This document shows, in pieces, positions 38,967 through 52,640 of a DNA stretch of 54,852 nt. Within the stretch, counting starts at the first letter, position 1, and each line of letters begins with the position of its first letter. The stretch comes from Phoronis australis. Its lineage: Eukaryota; Animalia; Phoronida. The position numbers and the translations under genes were made by a program. The stretch is from assembly GCA_002633005.1 (NCBI GenBank), contig NMRA01001101.1, forward strand, positions 1 to 54,852, written 5' to 3'. The notes beneath the pieces were generated by a model that saw nothing but the letters and a program-made list of their open reading frames with translations, searched no databases and was not told the origin of the DNA.

Positions 38967-39120
38967 AGGAGCGGTTCCAGGATTTGAGTTGGGGGGGCAG
39001 GGCGGAGTATTACCCAGGATTTTTCCCATCAGACATTCGCACTCCCGAACTGCCAAATGTAATCTGGGAAAACTTTAGGGGGCGGCCATGGTCTCTTGGC
39101 ACCCCTTTAAATCCGCCATC
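38967..39120. mobile_element. Short hAT-like MITE (GCGGATC-type termini), degenerate
   Basis: CAGGAGCGGTTCCAGGATTT...TTAAATCCGCCA; similar to 53591-53807. Confidence 0.45.
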
Positions 39121-39169
39121 GTTGAGGGCCTTTTTCTTAATTATTTCTGATCATTTGTATCACGTCTCA

Positions 39170-39800
39170 ATAACTTAACGATAATGAAGTATGAATAGAA
39201 CATTTGTTCTATGTCGGCTGAGATGGTGTATTGCTCTCTACACATTCTGATTAGAATTCCAGGGCCTGGCACTGAGCTCCATTCAGCGATAAGCTCCGGT
39301 ATTCCGGAGCTCTCTCGCTGATATAGCAGAGTAAAGTATAGACATTTTCTCCCAGACTCCCTTGTTACCCTATTGTACCAACCACGCGCGTTCAAAGCCG
39401 ACGAAAAACATTAAGCCTACTCTAATCGTCTGCACGATTTTGTCATTTACGCAAACTCCATTCTGGCGAAGTTGAGTGCGTACGGCCCGATTAGATTACC
39501 AGTACGTGAAGCCCTTCAAGCAAATTCAGTGTGCTCCTAACAATTCGTTTTTGCTGAAGACTGAGTAGACCGTCAGCTCAGGGCACTTAGCATTGAACGA
39601 GATACCAACGTTTGACCACCCGGGCCCTGAAAGTGCACACCAGTACTACAGAAATGAGTGTCTGCCGGAGTCTTCACTTTGGATCTATGTGGCCCCTGGG
39701 ACACCATCCGAAGGGGGCATGACTGATCGGTTAGATACTCGAGGTACTGGCTAAAACTGACTTGTAATGAACATGAACAATCGTGCCACACTATGTTTGT
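39170..39800 (-). pseudogene. BEL/Pao LTR retrotransposon pol fragment
   Basis: GILIRMCREQYTISADIEQMFYS resembles the Pao RT motif LxRFRxxxxAxxxDIExMF; SLN in an adjacent frame upstream. Confidence 0.65.
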
Positions 39801-40789
39801 TAATCACTTGCTTCCTCCATCAATTTCAATAACTACATAATTGTCTTTGTCAATGTCAAGTAAGAAAGATTTAATGGCTTTAATTTTTGATATTTTTGTA
39901 TAATGTGTCATTGTTATTCGAAACAATACGTCATTTTGCATTTTACGGAAAAAACTCGGTTTCTGACAGGACTACAAACAGTATTATTTTCTGATTTTCG
40001 TAGAAATAGTCACATATGGCCCAGGAACTGAACCATGAAAACGGAGAATCGAGGATAAAAATGGAATTCAACTGAACCAAACAAAATTGGTGTTCAGTAC
40101 TGTGGAAAAATCGCTCATTTTAACCGGTTTTAAATCAGATTTTAGTGTTCAGTACTTCGACTGTTTAACCAAGGGAGAAATCCACTCCCGACATTGCCTG
40201 CGCTCGGTGCTATGCGCCTCAGATTCGCGCGATTCCTTCACTAAAAACGTAAATCTGTGTTGATGTACACGTGTTATGTATGCTACACTTGCCACGAAAT
40301 GAGATCACCTTGATCATTTTAGATGCAACTCTTATTTTGATAGCTACATATTGGCTCAGAATATACCCGCACAAAGCTATTTCGTTCTAAATGATATCGC
40401 AAACTTCAAATTGGAATAAATTATGTTAGCGTAGACATTTTCGATATGTTGACAGAAAGAAAATTGGATAAGTGTTGGGTCTTATCTCCTTCAGTATTAC
40501 GGCAGACGCTCGCTTAGTGGTGGATCTAGAACTTCTGCTGCCCGGAGGGTCAGAAGATAACGTTGTTCCCCAACCCCCCTCTACCCAACACCCAGCATCA
40601 CGCCAGCTTGGATGCCATCTCTAAGCTGTAGCTATGTGAACACTGCTTCCGTACCCATCCAATTCCATCAGGACACAATGGTCACAAATAGACTAGAGTT
40701 GTCAAACGTGATCCTAAAAAATTGATAGCCACACAGAAATCTTTGGTTTGACTTCCTAACCTTAGCACAGTGAGTTATACAAAATTCAC

Positions 40790-42381
40790 ACTTATCATGA
40801 CCAAAAACAAATTTCATGTTCTTGGGGATTAATTTCCAAGTCAGCTTACACGATATGGCAGATCAGAATTATTTGGCGAATTTGAAAGATATTGAATTAA
40901 TTTTGAAAAATAGGTCTTTCGAGAGGATTACAGTAATCAAAGCGCTAGCGGTTTCAAAAATTGTACATCTTCTGGAATCCTTGCCACAACCTTCGAAATA
41001 TATTCTAGAAAAACTGAACTCAGTGTTTTTTAAATTCCCCTGGCAAGGTCGCAATGACAAAATTGAGCACTCCCGAGCTGTTTGTAATTACAATGAAGGA
41101 GGTATCAGAATGATCAACATGTTTTCATTGTGTAAGGCTTTAAAGATTACCATGTTAACAAAATTTGTAAGCGGTCAGTCTAAGACTGCCGGTTTCTTTC
41201 ATTTGATTTTTCCTGAATTTAGAAATTTCGCTAAGTACGGAGTTGACTTTCTCAAGATAAAGTTGCCTAATACGGACAATCACTTCTGGAAAGATTTTTT
41301 GGAATGGGTAATCTGCCTTGGAAATTGTTTGAAGATAAAAAATCAGATTTTCCTAACCAACCTTAATGGTTTAGCAGTGATCTGCAGGCAGGAGGAAAAA
41401 GCATTTTCTACAGGAACTGGTGCAATAGAGGCATAGTCTTTATAAAGGACTTGTTTTCCCCAGACGGTAATATTTTGAACTATAGATTTATTGTGGATAT
41501 TTTAGGTATCAAAACGAGCTTTATGGAGTATAATAGTCTAATTTCAGTGATATCTAAGTACCAACAGAAATGTGGTATTGATAGAGTTGTTAATTTTGAT
41601 GCGAATTGTCCTGTTATGCCACCGATTTTAATGAAACTGAAAAATGGCGGGAGAGGGTGTCAACATATCTGTACACGATCAAATTATAGTTCCGAAGTCT
41701 CAAAGGCGGAGTCAAAATGGGTCAACGAAATGAACGTAAACACAACTAATTTCTCATGGGAAGATGTTTATTCCCTTCCATATAACACAACAAGAGACCC
41801 AAGAATTAGGTGGCTGCAGTTCAGATTCTTGACGAGAATTTTGACCACTAACTCTTTTTTAATAATTATTCAACTTACTGATGATGACTTGTTCCTTTTG
41901 TGAACAATCGAAAGAGACTTTGAAACACTTATTTTGGGAATGTGAAACAGTAAATTCATTTTGGACAAGAGTTAATAACGAAATTCTAAACAAAGCAAAT
42001 CCCCAGTGTGTCGGCACTCTCTTCTGCAACAACGTTATTTTTGTTTTTTTTTGATAAAAAAGAAAATTTTAAAAACATTGTTTTATTATTGAATAAACAG
42101 TTTATTTATATGCAAAAGTTTGAATCAAAAAGATTACTTCTAAGTAGATTTTTTAACTTCATCAAAGCATATTATACGAGTGAAAAGTATAATGCTCGTA
42201 AGGATTTGAATTTAGAATTTATACAAAAAGATGGTGTAACTTTGAAACGATTTTTCTTAGCAGTCAAGAGGATAAGTTATGGGTATGCGCGCGCGCGTGT
42301 GTGTCTGTGGTGTTCTTTGTCTTTCTGTGATATTGTAATGTTTTTCTCATTGCCAATAGATATATATATATATAAAAAAAG
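40790..42381 (+). mobile_element. L1/Tx1-clade LINE 3' fragment (post-RT region and zinc-binding domain), decayed
   Basis: RITVIKALAVSKIVHLL..LPQP..FKFPWQG..EGGIRM; WLQFRFLTRILTTN; CSFCEQSKETLKHLFWEC (~41889-41943); TA/A-rich tail near 42360-42381. Confidence 0.85.
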
Positions 42382-45300
42382 AGATATACATAATTCGGGA
42401 TATAAACGTTTTCACTATGACGCTACTGTTCTCCATCGGGTTTTGATAATAACGAAACTAGAATACGCAATTAGTGGACTAAAACAAAATTTCTTTGAAA
42501 TACACTGAAATTCAAATAAACACCTCAAAAAAAGTTTGGAAATTTTTGTTCAATAGTGCGTTAATGTGGTTTGTTTCCACTATCGATTGTGTAACGATAG
42601 CATATGCTTTCCAAATGTTTGTTAAAAGTGATGCTGGTGTTGCGCTAATGAATAAATAAGAGTTGTTCTAAGCAAACAGTCGAGTGTGGAATGGTCAGTA
42701 AAGTGTGGGAGAGAGAAACATTACGTCAAGTGTTTTGCTTGACCCTGTGTAATCACTGATTCCTGCCTCCGCCTCCAAACATCTTAGCCGACTCTCTGCA
42801 GATCAGCAGCAGAAACTGGCGAACAGTAAGTATATGTTATTTCTTGCGAAACGGTCGTTTGTTATACACGTAAATTCTCGAGCAAAAAACTATTTGTCCG
42901 AAAACGACCGCATTATGTTTATACAGTACAGATTCTTATATAACTGCTGTAGTGTTCTTCCTATAAACGAGATGATGTCACGAATTTACACAAAAATTAG
43001 TACATTTCGTTGTGTTGTAGTTTTAGATAATCGAAACAATTGAAATTTGTTATTCGTATGAATTAAAAAGTTAATGAAAACAACACCCCTAGCTTGGACG
43101 TCAAAAGAGACATGTTTTATTTTTGCGTATATCTTAGATATAGAGAAGGATAGATATATATGTATAAATCCAAAAAGTTCCAATACGAAACAAAAATATT
43201 TTACACCAGAAAAAAATTCCAATACAAAAACACAAATAATGTTTTACACAGAACATCAGAGTAGACAGTTGTCTTCCATCACAGTCCCACGAATGCTTCC
43301 AGATAGTTTTTTCACGAATGCATTAAAGTATTAAAGTTCTCACGAGCTGTTTTCTCTCGTGAACCTAATTTCTGTTCTCACGAACGCAACTCGTTCATCA
43401 TGAAACTTTTGTTTACGAGAAAGAAAATTTGTTTCGATACACGAAATAATACAGTTCGAGAAAAAGACTTGTGTTCGTGATAAAAGAACAGTGAGAATGA
43501 CGTACGATCCATGTGGGCCGAAGGTTGTCTACCACGAGGTATCTTTTATAAATTTAGTATAATGAATTAATGTAACAAAACATTCGCCCACTTATCTCGT
43601 TTAAAAGTACGATTTTTTAAATTAGATTTCGAAGGTGCAATAAAATGTTTTTGATCCTTTTTTGAAAAAAAAAAACACGAAAGTTTAAAGCACTTAGGGC
43701 TACAAAAGTTGTCTCAACGTGATTATTTATGGGCTTATATATGTCTCTCAGTTCGTTTTCTTGAGACCATGCTTAGGGCAAAGAATGACGGGACGAGTCT
43801 TCGAAGTCTGTCTTGAATCTCGCCTTCCGTTCACGAGTATCCATCAACAACTAAAACGCAACTTTTTAAACACGCTTTCTAGTTAAACTAAGAGTAAAAA
43901 ATGTCAAAAACAACGTAACTTTAGCTCCAAAATCTTTTCATTCATAAGTTTTACCACAATGTTTGAGACAAAATTAAATCACAAAACTTGAGCCTTTCCT
44001 CTAAAAATTTTAATCCAATAAACACTTTCAAAATTAGTTTTCAAAACTGGAAGCTTCAGGGTAAAAACGTACAACCCAAAATAAGAATAGATGCGAATCG
44101 GAACCGTGGCCCTTTGAATACAGTATTAATATACTAACAAAACAATTTGTTTTGATATGTATAATGCTTCATGTCAATTTTATTTCATTTGTGCTTTATT
44201 TAACCGTTTAAAATTTAGTCCAGAACCGCGATTTAATTGAAGTTAACTTTTTAACGCAATTTGTTTTTGTCACTGTAACTGATCCGTGGAATATTAAAAC
44301 GACTTCTCACACAACTTATGCCGATGGAGAGTCGCTCTGAGACCATGAGCTGACCCCAGACAGTAATTAATATTTACCTATCCATATATTTAATATACGA
44401 TTAGAAGACTGACATAGTGGTATAAGTACTTCAATATGTAAATATTAAATAAATAAACCTGACACCTTAGAAAAATAATTAAATCGTTGCTACATGTCTT
44501 CAAAGATTAGAACATGATAAACAAGTTAATAGTGTTTAAGAAATGACTATATGTAAATATATATATGTGTAAATGTGTGCGTCTAAGTTTGCAAAACTAG
44601 CAGTGTTTCTGTGTAATAGTGCAATATGTATATGGTTATTTACGGTAGACATAATTGTAAGTGAAAAAGCTCCAGTCATTGCACGGTGAGAAAAAATCTG
44701 AAATCTTGTTCCTGTCCAGCAAAAGAGGGTGTGTTTATCTTATCTAGAACTAAGACGGTATTTTATTTTCAAAGATAACTTCAGAAACATGAAAACGTAA
44801 ACAGTGACTTGCCACGATTGGCTTGTAAAATGGAGTTTTCAGTAATAGGGTTGTAGTCGCGACAAGTAACAATAAAGTATCGTAAGAGATCTGGCGAACG
44901 ATAATTTCTTATCGGTCTGTTGTTTCGGTTGTGATAGCAATTCTAACTCACTGCTAACTTCACTCCGTGATTACGTGAAATGCGCGCACAGATCTGATGA
45001 ATCATTACCGTGTGGCGTCTGAAGCTGTTTTGAAGTGCTTTTCTATCTCTTAGTTTTTGGATTTATTGATTGTATTGCGCGTTGTTTAGATGATTGAATG
45101 AGACGGAAGTATGAGGCAACTCGTGCGCTAACATTTGGCTTTTTGTCACCCCATTGTTGTAAGCGCGCCTTAGCCAGACTGTGTGCAGAGTAACCCGTCT
45201 ATTCACAAAACTTCATTAATGGGCGTCGCCCAGCAGCGCTGCTGAAAAAAAAAACGTATTCGGTATAGTTTCTCTTGCAATGCACCGATTTTAAAAATTC

Positions 45301-45823
45301 GAAGACGGCTAATATTCATTTTGTGGCCATCCTTATTTATTGGTTTCGACTTTGAAACAGATACGCTAAACAAGCGCGTTTGTTACGACCGCAATCATCT
45401 CATCCGATAGACATTCGGCCAGGCCCATGAATAGCCATCAGTTTACTTTGATGTGTGGTGGCGCCGTAAAGTCTTTGAAAAGTCGATAAATTTGCTGGTG
45501 AGTGTGGGGTGTGGGATGCACGCATTCTCGTCCACTTTCCTGCAAATAGTGTAAGCGTTCGAGTTACCATTTGAGGCAGAACATTTTTGCGGACAAAATC
45601 ATAAGAATATATAATCGAAACCACCCGTTTCAACATGAAATATTCTTTCATTGACACCCTCACCGGTTGAGATTGGGCAACTCGACCTTGGAATATGCCT
45701 GCAGTGATCAAAAACACCATGCTATTGTAGTCAGTTACACAGGCACCAGAAATTTGTACACGGGGAAGGGTCCGTTTGTGCACATTCTCGGGACACCTCA
45801 CCAGTGTCAGTAGGCACCGCTAC

Positions 45824-45827
<4 letters not shown>

Positions 45828-45912
<85 letters not shown>
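45828..45912. repeat. (TG)n microsatellite
   Basis: About 42 units with one interruption. Confidence 0.99.
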
Positions 45913-45914
<2 letters not shown>

Positions 45915-46708
45915 AGGGAGTGAGAGGTAGACGCCAAAGTAGTCGTGACTCAGTGCATGTTCGTGACGTTTCACACCTTTTAAGGTGTAAAATTAAAATT
46001 GGTACACCACTTCATGAAGTTTGATTTGGAGTGTTTTTTAACTTTAATAAGGCTGAGAATAAAAGAAATGTTGATATTTAATCCCATACGCGTTGAATCT
46101 GTCGAGGGAAATACGTTAATGTTTTCCGTATTCACCCCCTCACTACTTCAACAGCGACCTCTGACATGGAAAGTTCAAAAGGTAGGTCAATGTCGACTCG
46201 ACGTCGATAGCTGGTTCGATCATCAAACTTTCGAAAAATAGTTTAAAATAATGCAATTGCAACAGTGTGAGTAACACTTGACATTTATTCAGGTCTCAGT
46301 CGTAACATCCAGAACAGGAATGTTAATTAGCTGGTGTTATGAGTATATGACAGTTCTGTCTCTGTTTTCAATTGCTAAAGTTATGTCGTCTTCAACCCAG
46401 GCGCCGATTCATCGGTAACGTCGGTCTCGTTGGGACATTCCCAGATGAAATGAATTCTCGATAGGATATGGCAATAGTATTTGTATGTATGTTGGATAAC
46501 CTATATATATCCCACTCGACATGGCGGAATAATGTCTCGTGGGATATTACTTCGTCAACGCCATTCTCTGTACGTTTTGTGTATTTTTTTCAACATGCAC
46601 ACAAGCAAAAATCCAGAATTAAATACAGCAAAACGGTGTTCTTATACGACAACTGTAGCTCTTCAGTTTGGTGAAAACACTTATTTGAAATATGACCACA
46701 AGCGTTAA

Positions 46709-48402
46709 AGGAGCATGCCACCCAAAAAACAACCTAATTTGTATCAATTCAGATCGAGTAGTTCTACTCCATATTGACACGTACGGTTGCGTTACCTGAC
46801 ACCTGACGGCAGACGGAGGTGTTGAAATTATCCAATGACGTCATCGGTTTCACACGCAGTCTGTTCAGCAGTTCACAACATGGGTTACTGGTGTCAGCTT
46901 ATCGCTTGAAGTCATCGTTGAACACCAATAAATCATCAAACTTCGATGTAAAACCCTTAAAAATACACCGAGATCTTATAAAAACGTGTTGTTTTATTTC
47001 GCTCTTACGCATTTATTGGTATTTGGACACACCGTAGCCTACAAAGTTCGACAGGCCAATAACTCGGGTCCGTAGCAGGAGTTTGGCGTCTGTTCGGAGA
47101 TAATTTCGAAGTATTTTCAATGAGATACAGACGGGAGAACCTAGATCTGTGTTGTTTAGACTTGCGATTTTTTGAGTTCTAAACACAAAACGCTTGTTAG
47201 CCTGGCCAGTGCCTCGGAGCCCGATCAGATCCGTCGCGGCCGGCCCGGGATTGACTCGTTATCCGCACCAGTGGCTCAGAAACTGATCAGACATCACGAA
47301 CATAAACCAGCCAAAGTTCAGTGGAAACTAAACTTCCAGCCAAGAAAATACTATACTAGTGAGCCAAAGTAATGTGCACCTGATTATGTTGGTAAATTAG
47401 CCACGAAACTGCAAATCTACTTACTCGTCGGGGGCCGCGAATTCTGAGGTTCCGCTTTGGCCACAGCACCGTCAGGGCAGACATTGTACATTGACAATCG
47501 TTATTTGAGTAATGTAAATGTAAATAAAGATTCCCCTAACACCTGGCCGTGGGATGGAAATCGACTTGTTTCACAACAGTTTCTGCAAGCAAACACGAAA
47601 TTTGCATGAGCTCACTAGGCCTAGGTGTCCCGTCAAATTAGTTTTACTGCACCTAAAGCCGGGTAACGCAGTGTATTATTCATTGTTGGCTTTTCAAATC
47701 CTTTGCACTCACGAACACTCCAAAGGAATTACAAATTGCATTTAATGAGACAGACTTCGTTTCAGTTTTATATAAGTATTGGTTAGGGTGAGAATAATAC
47801 ATTTTGAAACAGAACGCTCAGTAATAAACGCCAACATGGCAACTCGCAATCCCGACTTAGGACGAGCTAGAGCTCATCATTCCCGACTTCGCAGGTGGAT
47901 CGTTAAGTTTTACAGGCTATCAATTCGAACAGGAAAACAGTGATGAAGAAATACTAGAGAGGCGCCGTGAACAAGCTCGGACAACGGAACGTACATGTAT
48001 GGAGTTATTTGGTAAGCCGGCATTCGTAAGGCACTGCGACGTCTGCAGGGCACAGACACGGAGATGTTTCACGGCCTCATACTTGCTATTTACAGCGTAC
48101 ATTTCATTCTTCACTACCATGAGCCACTTCCTAAGCATTTCGGATTCTCGAGGAAGTAAAAAAAAAACGATATACCTGCTTTCCTCGCAGCTGCTTAGTT
48201 CGGACACGCGGGAACGATGCATCGCAACTTAGCTGCATTCACTCTGCATATGAGTCACTGACGTCGCTAGCGTCGTTTCTCACCTTCCTCACAGGTTAAC
48301 GCGACACCTCTTGGCAAGGTAAGGTCGACCGTATGCGAGGCGATGTGGATATAGACCGATTAAGACGGCAAAAAGACTAATTAAATCGGGTGGCATTCTC
48401 CT
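46709..48402 (-). mobile_element. Non-autonomous Kolobok element (family B) with THAP remnant
   Basis: TIR AGGAGCATGCCACCC / GGGTGGCATTCTCCT (one mismatch), TTAA at 46705-46708 and 48403-48406; absent from the duplicate copy. Confidence 0.88.
48040..48230 (-). pseudogene. THAP zinc-finger remnant (N-terminus of a Kolobok-type transposase)
   Basis: RCIVPACPN*...GISFF, frameshift in a poly-T run, then LPRESEMLRKWL...HLRVCAL: C2-P-W-C pattern of THAP. Confidence 0.7.
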
Positions 48403-51400
48403 TTAAGTCCATAAAATCACTCGGATTACAGATGTCGCCAGTGAATTGCAATAAGCAAAAAGACTCCTAGTTGGACGTAGTATAATAAAACAGTGAGTCC
48501 AGCGCAAGCTATATCTTGCAAAACATCCAGGCCATACCTGCAAAGCAAGTCACTTCACCGAAATCAGCCTACGAGGCATTCTACCAATCAACCTGTGACA
48601 AATATTTCGCACAACGAATTCTAAAGTNGAGTAAGAGGTAGACGCCAAAGTAGTCGTGACTCAGTGCATGTTCGTGACGTTTTACACCTTTTAAGGTCTA
48701 CAATTGAAATTGGTACACCACTTCATGAAGTTTGATTTGGAGTGTTTTTTAACTTTAATAAGGCCAAGAATAAAAGGAATGATTATGTTTTATCCCATAC
48801 GCGTTGAATCTGTCGAGGGAAATACGCTAATGTTTTCCGTATTCACCTCCCGCACTACTTCAACAGCGACCGCTGACATGGAAAGTTCAAAAGGTAGGTC
48901 AATGTCGACTCGACGTCGATAGCTGGTTCGATCATCAAACTTTCGAAAAATAGCTTAAAATAATGCAATTGCAACAGTGTGAGTACCACTTGACATGTAG
49001 TCAGGTATCAGTCGTAACATCCAGAACAGGAATGTTAATTACCTGGTATTATGAGTATATGACAGTTCTGTCTCGGTGTTCAATTGCTAAAATTATGTCG
49101 TCTTCAACCCAGACGCCGATTCCTGAATAACGTCGGTCTCGTTAGGACATTCCCAGATGAAATGAATTCTCGATAGGATATGGCAATAGTATTCCTATGT
49201 ATGTGGGAAAACCTATATATATCTCACTCGACATATTCCGCGTATCGACTTGGCGGAATAATGTCTCGTGGGATATTACTTCGTCAACGCCACTCTCTGT
49301 GCGTTTTGTGTATTTATTCAACATGTACACAAGCAAAAATCCAAAAATAAATACAACAAAACGGTGTTCTTATTCGACAACTGTAGCTCTTCAGTTTGGT
49401 AAAAACACTTATTTGAAATGTGACCACAAGCGTTTTTCAAATATTTAAAAGTCCATAAAACCACTCGGATTACAGATGTCGCCAGTGAATTGCAATGACC
49501 AAAAAGACTCGTCGGTGGACGTAGTATAATAAAACCAACGCCTATTTTGATTTCGGAACCATCCAAACGAGCGCCACGAGCGAGTGCTTTTTCTGAAAAT
49601 CGGTGATGGAAATAAAGGCATTCTTTCGTAAAAAGTTATTTTTTCAACACTAGGCATACATGTAACTGAACTACATATGCAAGATATTAGAACAATTTTC
49701 CATTTAGGGTGAGAATATGTTTGGTCACTCCACAGCAATTGATATGAATAAAAATATTTTTAATGAACATAACATTTTCATCGTCGCAAACGCGAAAGTT
49801 AGATTTCATTCCAAAAGTTCAACTTGTTGGGTAAAACGCAGGAAGTTGAGTTCACAGGCTGACTTCATCCGCGACTTTTTCCTAACTGTCCCAAAACACT
49901 TTCTAAAATCCAGTTCATAAAAATTTCTTGTTTTGAAGAGGGGCTCTTTCGGGGAAGCCCTCTTAGTGACGCAGGCTTTGTAAATTTCCAAGACATTTTA
50001 ACATAAGCCTACGATTTCCAACTGCGAAGCAAACTAAGTTCTTAACTTATCTGGACGTAAACTAATGAGGATGCACACTGTAGGTCAGACGCACTGAAGG
50101 AACATTGACAAAACTATTCACTGCGTTCCGCGAGCCAAACAGTAGCGCGTATTTTTTAATGTTGGGGTTCGTCAGAGCATCGACTACAAGGAATGTTTTA
50201 CTCGCGTATAAGTGCAATCCCTCAGGCGTAGCTAAATACGGCATCGACCGTAAAAACAATAAAGCTGTGATGGAATTTTGTAAGACATTGTGGCATTTTA
50301 AACATCTCATAATGATTTACATTTTTGATACTTCAGTGACTTCCGCCTTTTATGAAAGACTAGTTAAATGTCTTCATTCAGTTTTCAATTAGTTAGCAAG
50401 CTGGCATTCTGATGTCGGATATCGCAAGCTTCAATCCGTTGACAATTGAATTCACGAAGTTCTGAAAAGTTAATGTGATCCGGAGAGTCGCTACTCTCCG
50501 AAATATCGACCCTTTGGACTATCAAACCAAACTACAAGAACATCAAATAAATATACGTGTAGCTCATCCAGTTACCCGTCGTCTGCCTGTATTCCCACAG
50601 TGAGGTCCAAAATACTACGCATTATGCTTTGCGTGACCGGAAGCGCCAGCCTAGCGAATGATTTATGAACTGCTATTAACAATAAGGTCTACTCCAACGA
50701 GGCCCTAGTTTCCATGAGTAGCAAGTCAACGTTCAGCACGTCACCGTCACTTTCGTCACTCAGAGATACGGCAGCATCAACTGCAATATTTGAAGAAAAA
50801 AAAAAAAAATCAGTATCGTTCTACAACATTTTACATGTCACTCACGTGTACTACTTGGGCTAATATTTTTCCCATGGACTACATCCGAGTGTGTAAATTC
50901 AGCTGTAGAGCATTTAATACGTAAAGTGAGCTCGAATTCAAAACATTAGAGATGTCAAGATACTGTACAAAAAAATTAAGGATAACATTTTTGTCGTAAA
51001 AACCAAAGATTAAATAAATACTGACAGAAATATAGGTTAACATTCACTTTTATTATACCACAGGAGTCCTCAGCTTCTGATCGTCCCCAATACACTATAA
51101 ATAAATACTACAAGGCAGGACACTCGGGACTAAAAATTCCAAGGGTGTTTCAGTTCAGCCTTGCATATCAAACATAAAACTTAATAAATTTACACAAAAC
51201 AGGGGTTCAACAAACCATTAGCAATTGTTCTTTCTTCTAATACCATTTAAGGTGTCCTGCTCTGGCGAGTTCGTAACAAATTCGCGGTGAAAGCACAAAA
51301 ATTTACTTACTACTTTGTCACACGCTAGTGGGTTCATGGTCAAGTACCGTACGGAATTATCCGATGAGTTACGGAGAGCCGGCAATTGCCGGTTCATCAC

Positions 51401-51989
51401 GGAAGGTTACGAAATGGTCTGCTAAGTGTGGAGTTATCGATGTCGTGACTTTCCGTGACAAATCGGCAATTTCCGTGTAAAAAAGAACTTAGTACGCATG
51501 AACTTCCTATCAACAACAAAGACGACACCCATTCCTTTCCTTCTTTTAAACGTCTAACCAGTACGTTTTTGTAATAAATATTCTAACACCGAGGGTGACA
51601 TATATGGCTATTGTGTTCTCTACCTTTGTTGTTTAAGTCTTTCATTATATTTGTCATTTTTGCACTCATATTTTATTTGTATTTTGTTAATATTTTATAT
51701 GCTAATGTTTTCAACCATTTTTGGGTAATCGTGTTCGGACCTTAATTCCTCCGCCATCCGAGATTCCCACTTGTACTTTTATTGAATTTCATTGGTCTTG
51801 AACCTTTTCTAGGATTTCCTGTAGTTATTTGGGACAAACCAAACAACAACAATAATATATATTTTAGGTTGCATTGGGAATTTCAGGGTCACAGCTCTAC
51901 AAATGAATATTTCACATAAGGAACCAGATGGGTTCCTTAATTACAAGAGACAACACACACATTTAAGAAACCCAATGTGTAATTGAGTA

Positions 51990-52180
51990 TCAGATACTAA
52001 GTGGCACAGGTTAGCGTAGTACCAAATGGGTACATAATACCAAATGGGTATTGGCCGATTGCCTACCAACTGGGTCGAGCAAAACGGCAAATTCAATAAC
52101 AAGTACCAAATGGGTACAACTGCCAAATGGGCAAATATCATATAAAAAGTACCAAGTGGGTACATCAAACAGCCAACTGG
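51990..52180. repeat. Degenerate short repeat array (TACCAAATGGGTA motif)
   Basis: At least six variants of CCAA(A/G/C)TGGG at irregular 17-40 bp spacing. Confidence 0.7.
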
Positions 52181-52194
52181 GCTATAACAACCTG

Positions 52195-52640
52195 CAAAGC
52201 AGGTTCCGGACAAGCTGAGTGAGAAGACCAGCCGGAGCGATAAAAATATTGTGAGGAACGTGGTGTTGTGGCTCAGTATGTACCACATGGGCAGTGTTGT
52301 TCATGGATGAAGAATCCTGTCCACCGCCACAAGCCGCGTGGGGGCTGTGACCCTGGTAGAGGAGTGGCAGGGAATGTGGGGAAAAGTTAGTCGCAACCAG
52401 TGGGAAATGGACCGATGCCTTTCTCGGATTTTCCTCCATATTTGTTGAAGCCCAACCCCCCTCCAGCGTGCAGGCAAGACGTGTGGCTTGGGGCACATCA
52501 CCCGAGGGACAGGTTGGATACCTCACGATGGGCAGTAAAGTACCGCTCCCACAAAGGTCACAACCCAGCCAAACCCTGGGCGACCATTGAGCCGGAGTTG
52601 TGGTCGTTGTATATGACAGGCCCTTCCACTGTCGCCCTAC
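52195..52640 (+). pseudogene. DIRS/Ngaro-type retrotransposon gag remnant
   Basis: VPDKLSEK, KWTDAFLGFSSIFVEAQP, GWIPHD, YRSHKGHNPAKPWATIEPELWSLYM across frameshifts; GC-richer than flanks. Confidence 0.65.

Larger units (their letters stand above)
45918..49534 (+). repeat. Direct duplication across single N48628 (45918-48491 vs 48629-49534), probable alternative haplotypes
   Basis: Second copy restarts right after the N at the sequence following the TG repeat; collinear except for a 1.7-kb insertion in copy 1. Confidence 0.85.

Noticed and set aside
45731-46024. His-Thr and Cys-Val repeat proteins
   Set aside because: Translations of the (TG)n microsatellite.
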